Below, in pieces: positions 1 through 11,100 of a stretch of DNA of 33,716 nt (positions are counted from its first letter, which is position 1; every line of letters begins with the position of its first letter). The notes beneath the pieces were generated by a model, which saw only the letters and a program-made list of their open reading frames with translations, made no database searches and was not told the DNA's origin. A program made the position numbers and the translations under genes. The stretch spans positions 1-33,716 of the forward strand of contig LWCA01000286.1 in the NCBI GenBank assembly GCA_001642005.1. Reading direction: 5' to 3'. Origin of the DNA: Intoshia linei (lineage: Eukaryota; Animalia; Orthonectida).

Positions 1-806
1 TTTTAAAATTTTTTTTTAATTTTTTTAAGCGAAATTCATTTGTCGCAATACCTAGTATATTTAATAAATAAAATATATTATAATAAAAGAAATATTATTT
101 ATATTAATAATTTATGAACATGGTACAAGTACAATTAAACGAAAAATAAATATAATATTTACTTTTAAGACATGACATTGATTTGACATTTAAGAAACCC
201 TCATCAGTTCCGGGACTATAAAACATTTTATTTACCCATTAGTTTCAAAAATATTCGTTTTCTATGAGTTTAATACATTATACGAACATAATATTCATCA
301 GAAGTCCATCTTGCCTCACTAATTTCTTGGAGCAATTAAAAGGGAATATTAGCATTGTATGATGGTTTCCAAATGTTTCCGAATAAACTTAATATTGACG
401 TTATAGTTAAATAATCCTAAAAAATAAATTAAAAATAATGTTTATTTACATAAACTAAAAGTTGAAAATTTTTAATATATTGTATGTGTGTGTCTTTATT
501 AAATATAGAAAATAAAGTTTATTTACCAAAATTAATTAATTTTATACGACAGAAAAAAAAATTGTATTTGAGGTGCAGTAATCAAGAAAAATTAAATTTT
601 AGAAATTAGCATTTTCACACTTAAAAAACAAAAATACACATTTTTTTGAAGAGTGGTTCCCTAACTTGTGATCCCCAAACCAAAACTCTACGCCTCTTAA
701 GTTCTTAAATAATTGATAACCGACACACACACTTTTTAGTTAAATTACTTTATGTAAGTAAAGGTTATCACAATAAAAATATTACTATAAGAACTATAAA
801 TATACA

Positions 807-2090
807 CCCTAACTTATATAATCCTAACTTAAATAATCTTAACTTATATAATATGCTACGCGATTTTTGTTATAGTGTCTGTCTGTTTGTGCGTTAGGCT
901 ATATTTAAATAACTACCTGTCTTAGAATTTCATAAAGTCCACATTTCAATTACGATTTTGTCCGGGGGTGTTCGCAAACTTAATTTCAACATCCCAATTT
1001 CATATCTTACGGGTCAAAAACCCCAGTTGTCCCTCTTTTTGAAAATCAAACGAATTAAAGAATTTAAAAAAATATATACGCTGATACGGATTTTAAAATC
1101 ATAAACATTACCATAAATTTAAATTTAAAAAAATTATATCTTCAGGGCCAAAACCCAAAATTACCCTTCCTTTTTTATGAAAACAGCCCTAGAATTTCAA
1201 ACAATTTACAGGTGGTAGAGTTGTATCATGTTAACACACATAAAAAAGTACAGTTGTATCCTGTTAACACACATAAAAAATTTCAATCCGAATAAGTGAC
1301 GACCTTTACGGTCAAAAAAGCATTTTAGTATTCACATATTTTTTTCCGAAATATTTTATTAACAACAAAACAAAAAATGTGAAATAATTACGGTCCGAAA
1401 ATTAAAAAAAAAAATTATTCGGCTAGAGTTTATTCAGTTGATATAAATACATTATTTCAACCCCAGAAATCTATGCATTCCCGGTGAAAAATAATTTTTA
1501 ATATATTATCAACCTATATTTTTCAAATATTTCGATTAAAATCAAAAATTAAAAATGTAAATATTGATCCTACAATTTCAAAAAAATGTTAATTGTACGT
1601 CTACACATTTCCAATAAAGATATGAAAATTTAATATGAAATTCTATATAATTCATTCCTTCGAAATTTTTTTCATTGCTACGCAATTTTTAAATTTTAAA
1701 TTTTCATTATCCAAACATTTTGAACAACACTTACATTAAACTACGGCAACGAATTTATAAAAGTTTTGATAATAACTTAATTTAACTTAAAACGTGTTAT
1801 TGTTTTACTCATTGTTTGAAAATGCTAAAAAGAAAAGTAGCATTCAAAAGAAAAAAGGCCAAAAGTATGGACACATTTTTAACATCAATCATTTTTATAT
1901 TACAATCCTTTGTAATAATGGTAAAATTTGACTGAAATGTTTATACAGTGAAGAAGTGAAGGATTGATAATAGTGAATTGTAGGATTTTTAAGTTAAATT
2001 TTCAACATGAATTTTTTTTTTGGTTTAATAAAAATGTGCCCTCGGCAGAGCTAGGTGCCGTTTGTACGTAGTACATTATAGTCAATCTAG
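807..2090 (+). mobile_element. Non-autonomous Helitron, full-length copy
   Basis: 5' end TCCTAACTTA(T/A)ATAA occurs as three tandem 15-mers (807-851), followed by a TGTCTGTCTGT microsatellite. The 3' end has a hairpin TGTAC-GTA-GTACA, then CTAG (2087-2090) followed by T. No TIR or TSD. The body matches several other copies in the window. There is an internal 33-bp tandem duplication at ~1220-1280. Confidence 0.8.
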
Positions 2091-2449
2091 TTAATTATAA
2101 TAAGTTAAATTGTAAATTATAAGAACAAAATATAGTAAATATTAGTTAGTTAAAAACTTAAAACACGATGTGAACACGACTCAAAACACCTAATATAAAA
2201 ATAGTTTCAACACGATCAGAAGTTCGTGATCGGATCGTGTGCCAGAACTCTAATATACATGTATAAGTTATACCGAAACGTAAATAATCAATTTAAAGGA
2301 ATTTTTTTCATTTATAAAGTCCTCAAATTCATTAATAACGTGCGTAACAAAATACCCTAAATATTATTAAATTAACCATAATTACCACAAAATTTCTGCC
2401 ATGCAGCATTTTATATATTTTATTTTAATTTACATGTGTTCATTTAAAA

Positions 2450-2670
2450 CAGTGGTACCTTATTCTAATTCGGCACCCATTTCAATTACCTAACCTAATT
2501 TTTTGATATCCAGAAAAAATATGAAGATAAAAGCTTAAAAATTTGATTAAAATCAATTAAAAAATAGATTTTTCTTTTTATATACGCCCCCATCAAATCT
2601 GCAGCACTAATATTTTTTCCACTGGCCACTGGAACATTTTACAGGGTACAATCAATACTATAACAACATG
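2450..2670. mobile_element. Degenerate hAT-like MITE (tentative)
   Basis: Starts CAGTGGTACC after ATTTAAAA and ends ...AACAACATG before ATTTAATA (7/8 match, central TA). The right TIR is degenerate. Confidence 0.3.
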
Positions 2671-4242
2671 ATTTAATAAAGTTTATGTTTTTTATTGAAA
2701 TATAATGAAAATTATTTTAAAATTCAAAAAGATTGTAATGTTTAGAGATTTAAAAAATTTCAAGCACATTTATTCTCAAACCGAATTTTTGAGCGACGCT
2801 CAAAATTTGGCTGAAGCGCAGCATTACGTGTTATTTTTTTTGTTATTTAAAAAAAATTTTGAAGCCTTTTACTTTGGGATCTGTTTTTCAAAAAATAATA
2901 ACAGTTTACACACAATTTTTATTGCAAATTTCAAAATGTATACTTTAAATTTTTCATAACAAATAGCAAATATCACATTTCAAATGATTTTGATTAAAAT
3001 AATTAAATTACCCTGAGAAATATCACTTAACCCTGAGTCCTGAGTTGAATTTAAAAACCCGAAGTCTCAAGGGGAAAATAGCGCAGTTGACACCCTAACC
3101 GCGCTGCTCTAAACAAACAGTTTCATTCAACCCGTTGACTAATTTGTTAATTTGAAATAGTTATTGTTTATATTATTGCATAATGCAAAACTAGCAACAA
3201 TAAAGTTATTATTTTTTTAAAAAAGGTTAAATTATTTAGTTTAGAATTTAGTCAAAAATAATCATCTCTTACCTCTAACCCCTTCTTTATCATCTCCCTA
3301 TCAACCCCATTTCAGCGATTTCCAATTCGACTTATTATAACATAATTATTATAATTATGTGTTAAATTGTTATATAAAATATGTTGATAAAGTGTTACAA
3401 AATATTATCACTTTAGATTTAGCTATTATTACATCGTTTGTTTATTACTATCATATCGAAAGTGAAATGGTAAAATTAAAATTTTACCTCGCTATTTTTA
3501 TATTTTCTACTTATTAGTTTATGCATTTTTATGTAACGCGTTTTTAAATATTTTCCAAAATAGTTAATTTTTATTTTCTGAACCTATTTTTAGTATTAAT
3601 TAGTATAAACCTTAAAAAATGATTAACTTTTATTAGATAGTCTGCATGTCCTTTACCGTTACAATCAAAGTTATTATTTAAATCTGGATGGCACGTATGC
3701 ATGCCGGATCGAGTTATCTAAATTATGTTCAATGTTATTATATATGTTATTATGTACAGCCACCCTTTCAAAATCATTTTCGACAAATACAACAACTGTA
3801 TAAATATTAAAATAAAATTCAATTGAAGCCTTTATATTAAGATATATTAAATATGAAGATAATCAAACTAGATATGGCCCTATCTTGTAACGCCCAAATG
3901 GTTAAATTCACAGATAAATAGATGTAGATGACAAAATAATATAATATATTGTCCAGAAATAGCCCTAAATTGACCACAGAAAAATTGGAAATATTTTAAT
4001 TAGCATTAGTTTGGAGAGAAACGAATTAAAATACTTAAATTTTAACATATAATGTGATTTATTCGAAATAACCAAAAAACGCTATTTATATACATTGTAA
4101 AATATAGGATTTATGCTCAACATTTATTTAATGAAAATAACTAAAATAAACCAAATAAATAAATCAAAAAAAATAAATCTAATTTATCATTTTAATTGCT
4201 ATTTTGATATTTAGTGTAGAGGATGGGCCATATAAATTTTAT

Positions 4243-5078
4243 TTTTTTTCCGGGGGTGTTCGCAAAATAAATTTCAACCTTCCAAACTCACATCTTACAG
4301 GTCAAAAACCCCAATTGTCCTTTTTTTTGAAAATCAAACAAGTTGGAAAATTTAAAAAAGTATATACGCTGATATAGATTTTAAAATCATAAACATTATC
4401 ATAAATTTAAATTTAAAAAAATTATATCTTCAAAGCCAAAACCAAAATACCCTTCTTTTTTTAATGAAAACAGTCCTATAATTTAAAAAAATTTTACAGG
4501 TGGTATAGGTTTATCCTGTTAACACACACAAAAATTTTCAATCCGAATAAGTGACGACTTCATGGTCAAAAAAGCATTTTAGTATTCATTTTTTTTCCGA
4601 AATATTTTATTAAAACAAAAAAATGTGAAATAATTAATGGTCCGAAAATTAAAAAAATAAAAGGATTATTCTGATAAGCTTATTCCAGTTGATATAAATA
4701 CAAAAATTCATCAAGCTATCAGGAGTTATATTTTATGATTGTTAACTTATCCAATGGATAATATCTATGTTTTCCAAAGTTTTATCCATTTTGTCTAATA
4801 AATTAAAAAAATGAGATAACAATTGTTTTTAAAATTCCTTACGCAAATGTTAACAAACAAAAAATTAAGATGGAATAATTCAATTTAAAGTAAAAAGTAA
4901 TATGATGGTTCCACCTGAAACACATTTGGGAACCACTCCTTTATAGAATTGATATTAGTGAATAGTAGAATTTTTAAGTTAGATTTTCAACGTGAATTTA
5001 TTTTTTAAGTATAATATAAAAATGTGCCCTCGGCAAAGCTAGGTGCTGTTTGTACGTAGTACATAACAGTCAAGCTAG
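4243..5078 (+). mobile_element. Non-autonomous Helitron, 5'-truncated copy (second subtype)
   Basis: Matches 960-1450 of copy 1, then a different internal segment (GGTTCCACCTGAAACACATTTGGGAACCACTCC), then the same 3' terminus: CTGTTTGTAC-GTA-GTACATAACAG hairpin, CTAG (5075-5078), T. Confidence 0.8.
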
Positions 5079-5186
5079 TTATATACAGTACCAAAAAATC
5101 TATATTGATATATGTATAATAATAACAACAAAATCATGATTTATATAGCGGAAACAATGACATAATCAAAAAAATATAACGTTTAT

Positions 5187-8100
5187 TTATTGGGTTATAT
5201 TAATAAGCGTATATTTGTTGGTTCGCAAGCGCACTATATACAACAATAATAAGACAGAGATTACAATAAATATTGAAAGAAAGCAAGTTAGAGTTTTAAT
5301 ATGTTTTGGACCATCTAAAATAAAAAATAAAATATTAATTGATATTTACATTTCAGATCTTTTTTGTAAATCAGAATCTTTTTATTGACCATATGTTCTC
5401 TCGAATATATGATTAAATGTTGAGTTAATCTTATAAAATTGTCATAATTGCAAGGGTTCTTACAATCTATAAATATATATATTACAACCCATGTGAAGTT
5501 TCAGAAATCAAGGTTCACATAAGTCATTATAACTTAAATTTTATTTCACTAAATTCACTGTTAATACCACTCATTAATTAAATTCCCATGAAAAAGGTAC
5601 TTTTCCTAAAAAGTCTAAAAAGTTATAGAAAAATTTATTCTAACTTTAATGACACCCTAACGATGAGTTTTTACCTTGGAGTCGATAAAAAAAAATTATC
5701 AAATCATATAAATATAATTTACCACCTAATTCTAACTATTTATCACAACTCTGGATATTCTCTGAAACTTTCACTGGACAGTAATATATAAATATAAATC
5801 TACTAGATATGAACAATTCTCTTGTATAACTTTCTTTAACTTGTGTGTCGTTTCTATGCCTCAAGAAGAATTTTACGTAATAAATTGATTTTGACATTTT
5901 TTCTAATTTTGATTTCCATATCTCAATCATAAGACATGATCCATAATTAATATTAAGATTGTTGTATATTGACAATGCTTCCATTAATACCATTAGTATT
6001 TCTTTGCCCTATACATAATTTATCAAGATTATGACAAGTTACTGTTGAATAATACGTAAATTTAATATTGTCTTTTCCTTGGATGAAGTTTGTCATATCT
6101 TTGGTAATGCGATTAAGTATATTCCCTAAATATATAAATACACTGTTTGGCACAGCCGTCACAGGATCACTTGAACAAATTTTTGTCAAATGGTCACACT
6201 ACATTGAATGAAAATCTCATTTTTGATAAATAATTTGTTAATTTGAAAATTACATAGTACCTTTTATCAGGTCCAGAATTTATTTTTTTCAAAATGCTAA
6301 GAAACATTTTATTTTTAAAAAAAATGTATTGGTATTTTTTACCCAGAAGGAATCAAGTTCTGAAAATGAAATTTGCGATAAAAAATGAATATCTCACAAA
6401 ACTATATTAGAAATAATGGTTTTGAATTATAGGACTCTTAATTTTTCAATTAACCGGTAAGAAACAGAAAAACTGATACATTTAGTTGGCATTTGTCATA
6501 TTTAAAAATCTCTGAAATTTAATTATTTTAGATGAAATTATTAATAATAAAATTTTTATATTTACAATGTTAACGCTAGAACTACCGATTATATAATATA
6601 ACGACAACTACCAGAGGTGGTGATTTTAACCACATTTTTTTGTTCTAAGACTTCGACTAATTAAGACTAAGACTAATTTCGAGCTATAAATATTTTACGA
6701 TGCAATAAAAATGTGACAACTGCACAACTATAACTGATTTTGTTGTACGTCCATCGAATTTCGGATATTCATAATCGAATCCATACATTCAATTCAATAC
6801 TCTGATGCGGATTTTAAAATCATAAACATTATCATAAATTTAAATTTAAAAAAATTATATCTTCAGGGCCAAAACCCCAAATTACCCTTCCTTTTTGTTG
6901 AAAACAGCCCTAGAATTTCAAATTGTAGAATTGCATCATGTTAACACACATAAAAAATTTTAATCCGAATAAGTGACGACTTCACGGTCAAAAAAGCATT
7001 TTAGTTTCATATATTTTTTTCTGAAATCATTTTATTAAAACAATAAATGTGAAATAATTAACAGTCCGAAAATTAAAAAAAAAAATTATTCTGATAGAGC
7101 TTGCAATATAGACGCGACGAGATTGCAATTGCGTGTCATAAATTAAATATATTTTATTGCTAATTCTTAGCCAAATATTAAAGCCAAATTTAAATTGTTC
7201 ACTTTACAAATCAATAACATTTGAAATTTTTTGCTTTCAATTTTTGAAAATAGCAGTCTCGTAAGGGTTAAAAATTACCTCCTGCCATCCTGACATATTC
7301 ACTATTTAAATATAACAATTTTTCAGATTCTGTACTTAATGAATGAACCAACTTTTCATATGTATACGTTTCATTAAACTTGTCATGCAACCATTCAGGA
7401 ATTGTGAAATTATCTCTTTTCTAAATACAAAAATTTTTATAGTACACATAAGAACATACGAAAGTAACCGAATGATAATTCATAGTTTATACATTTTAAA
7501 ATTTACTTTGCATTCAATATTATTAGACAATTTGAACAGATTTGTCAAGTCGTAATATTTTGATGTTTTTTCAGCCAAAAGATTAAAAAACCTCTAAAAA
7601 TATTATACATGTATGAAAAAAGTATAAATATTTTTTATACTTTATAAATATTTTTAAATTTTACAATTTTTACAATAATCTTTATTTTAATAAAAAATAT
7701 TGACACTCTAAAATACTTGAAGAATTTGCCATCAAACCAAGATTATTAGAATATACAATGTATATTCTAATATATACAATAAAAAATAAAGGTAAGTCGA
7801 CTATCGTTGGCATACGATCAGAGCTGTCTTAAACCACTTCGTGGCCCTGGGCTAAGCAAAGGACCGGGCCCTTTAAAATTTCGAGCGAAGCGATAAAAAA
7901 ATTAGGTCCCCTATTTAGAAGACATGGCATACTGTTGGTTGGAGACTTAGAGCCTAGTAATTATTAATTATTAATTAGATATTATGTAAGTTTCTAGTAA
8001 CTTTTATTTCTTTTACATAAACCTACTTACATTAATTAATGAACAAATTTACTTTTTTATTTGAAAATATGCACCATGCAGTCACAAAAAATTCTTGAAA

Positions 8101-11100
8101 AATGTTGTTTTTTCACTTTTTTCTGAGAGAAATCAGATATGACACTATCAATACAATTGACATTAAAAAGAGCGCATTCAAACGAGGTTGAGCTAACAAT
8201 AATGAAGTTCATTCTTAATTATTTTTAGTTTAGAAAAAGTTCTTTTACTTTTGCAATTTGCAACCATCATTGAAAGAAACATTCTCATGCAGATTTCAAT
8301 ATTAAGAAATAGTGATTCCAATTTATTAAATGTTATAACTTTATACATATTAAAAATGTTATTGTTTGTTTTTCCCAATCAAAATAATGTTTAAATTCTT
8401 GACATTCTATTACTAAATCATTTTTTTCCAAATCGTTGCTATATGCTGCTGTAAGATTATCATATGAAGTATTTAACTCATCATTCGACATCACATTGAA
8501 AATTTCACATACTTTGATTCTTTAAACTATTTTCTTTCTAGCTATTTGAATTCCTACACTTCAAAACTTATAAACTGTTTCTTAAGATATAAATGTAAAT
8601 TACTTTTATTAATTTGGGGCCTTTTAATGAGTGGCCCTGGGCTACAGCCCATATTGCCAATGCTTTAAAACGATTCTGCATACGATTTAAACTTGTTAAT
8701 TTGTTTACTTAATTGTTAATGATTTAATATTTCTGAATAATTTCTATGCTAACAAAGTAGTGAGTACGAGTAGCATTTTGAGTCAGAGTCGCCACTGTTA
8801 TAATGTATGTTTTATAAAATTTTAGGATATGTTTCATTTTGAAACATTGGTTAATTTGGGATTTTCACCATGAAGATGTGGGTTTTTGAGGCTGAGATTT
8901 ACGACAATGTTAATGATTTTAAAACATGCCAGAATTTATGTTTTACTAAATTTTCGAGATGATTTTATTTTTAAACGAAAGGCAAATTGTGTTTTTGACA
9001 CTGAAAGTGTCAAATTTGGAAAATAGATATAAACACGTCTTAGGAAAAACTGTAGTCAGTCTTAAACCACTTCGTGGCCCTGGGCTAAGCAAAGGACCGG
9101 GCCCTTTAAAGTTTTGAGCGAAGCGATAAAAAAAATTTAGGGCCCCTTTTTAGAAGACGGAGCATACGGTTGGTTGGAGACTTAGAGAGTTAAGAGATAT
9201 TATGTAGATTTCTAGTAACTTTTATTTCTTTTACAAAAACTTAATTAATGAACAAAGTTTATTTTTTTATTTGAAAATATGCACGATGCAGTCACAAATA
9301 ATTCTTGACAAATGTTGTTTTATCATTTTTTTCTGAGAGAAATCAGGTATGATATTATCAAAACTAATATCATTTAAAAATATTATTCTCAATTGACATT
9401 AAGGAGAGCGCATTCAAACGAGGTTGATATTGAAATTATTGAAATTGGGGCCTCTTTTTAAGATATAAATGTAAAGTACTTTTATTAATTTGGGGTCTTT
9501 TGTAATAAGTGGCCCTGGGCTACAGCCCATATTGCCCATGCCTTATACGGCTCTGACTGTAGTATACATTGGATTTATTCAAAAAAATTTAATTTTAATT
9601 TAATCTTATTTAAATTTAATAAAAGCACTTTAATTAATTTTGTTTATATAAAATATTAGTTATCAGTGATCACTTATCAGTTATAGATTAAACAACTGAT
9701 AATTCAAGGTTACAGGTTTTGTAGACTCTAGATTAAACTTCTTAATCTTTAAACTTAGCCTTAATATAATTAAAAAATGTAGATACCCACTCCACAATTT
9801 TGTATTATATGTGTCGATCCTGCCACTAGAATTAAATAGTAAGTAACCAGAAGCGAGTAAATAATATAATGAATTAAAAAAAATGAAAAAAAATTCCAGC
9901 TAATTTCTATCTCCGCTGTCTGATTTTAGACCATGCTCCATAATCTAATGGCGCATATTTTACAATTTACATTATATACAAAAATTTATTAATTTACTTC
10001 AACATACCTCATATTTTCTATTAAGATTAGACATGTCTGATTTGAGCCTGATTGATTCTAGATATGCCTTGATACTGTCCCATGAAAACGGATTGAGGAG
10101 CTAAAAACATTGTATATATGTTTTAGTCAGCTTAATCTTACAAGTCGTTGGAAAATTGTATTTTATAGTAGCAATTTACATATACATGGTTGTAGTTGTA
10201 TATAAATTGTATTAACTCAATAATATTGCTGTTAAAAAACAAAGTCAGTATATGTGAAACCACGTTAAAACCAACGCGAACGACATTAACTATTTGAATT
10301 AAACCTGCAACGAAAAATCAATTCTCAGTGTTTAATAAAAATGAATTTTTCATCTAAGGAGTTGGTTGATATGTTATTCTGTTTGGATTTTAAAAGTTTT
10401 ATTTCTGCTTACAATTCAGGTTTTTACGGGTGTTAGTAAAAGAAATTTTAATCTCCCAAACTCACATTTTACGGGTCAAAAACGCAATTGTCCTTTTTTT
10501 GAAAATCAAACGAGTTCGAGAATTTAAATAATCATAAATATTATCATAAATATAAATTTAAAAAATATATATCTACAGGGCCAAAACCACAAATTACCCT
10601 TTCTTTTTTAATGAAAACAGCCCTAGAATTTAAAAAAATTGATAGGTGGTATAGTTTTATCCTGTTAACACACACAAAAAATTTCAATCTGAATAAGTGA
10701 CGACTTCACGGTAAAAAAAGCTTTTTAGTAATCATAATCATTTTAATATTCATATATTTTTTTTCCAATATTTTATTTATAAAGTAATGTGATATAACGG
10801 TTCCACCTGAAACAAATTTGGGAATCACTCCTTAAAGGATTAATAATAGTGAATAACACTGTCTAACAAAATGACTTTTTTTTTTGCTTTGCTGAAAATT
10901 TTTATTAGAATGTTAGAATGTCTAACTATAACACATCATCGTAAAAATTGTTTTAATTCTAAGTCAAATAAATTAGTTCATATATTTTTTGTTTATCAAT
11001 AGATAATATTTTGTAATATATAAAAAAAATTAAATTTCTATTTCAAATAAAATATATACATTTTTTTACAAACCCTTGTTTGGATTGGATTTTTTTCTGC

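Larger units (their letters stand above)
1..3830 (-). pseudogene. Decayed tandem paralog of the histidine acid phosphatase-like gene (runs off the window start)
   Basis: Minus-strand GT-AG exons are colinear with the neighbouring ACP-like gene, mostly in the same phase: 3717-3628 ITRSGMHTCHPDLNNNFDCNGKGHADYLIK (RHG->RSG); 3583-3488 VQKIKINYFGKYLKTRYIKMHKLISRKYKNSE; ~2356-2274 GYFVTHVINEFEDFINEKNSFKLIIFT; 416-236 DYLTITSILSLFGNIWKPSYNANIPF*LLQEISEARWTSDEYYVRIMY*THRKRIFLKLM(G). It has two in-frame TAA stops, an out-of-phase donor near 2274, a degenerate exon 4 and TE insertions. The 5' boundary is approximate. Confidence 0.72.

Noticed and set aside
236-416. TAA at a conserved Glu position (F*L for FEL), suggesting stop-codon reassignment
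   Set aside because: Four intact genes in the window terminate with TAA and none has internal TAA codons. The locus shows other signs of decay, so a pseudogene is the simpler explanation.
2160-2251. Isolated hAT-like end (…CGTGTGCCAGAACTCTA with CACGA repeats); similar single ends near 27036, 27635 and 31915
   Set aside because: Only one terminus is recognisable in each case and there is no TSD pair, so the boundaries cannot be supported.
2705-2959. ORF-track entries such as 2705-2959, 5588-5791, 7343-7555, 15757-15972, 24145-24354, 29450-29779, 30855-31040, 31037-31234 and 31863-32105
   Set aside because: They are antisense shadows of real exons or AT-rich/TE-derived frames without motifs.
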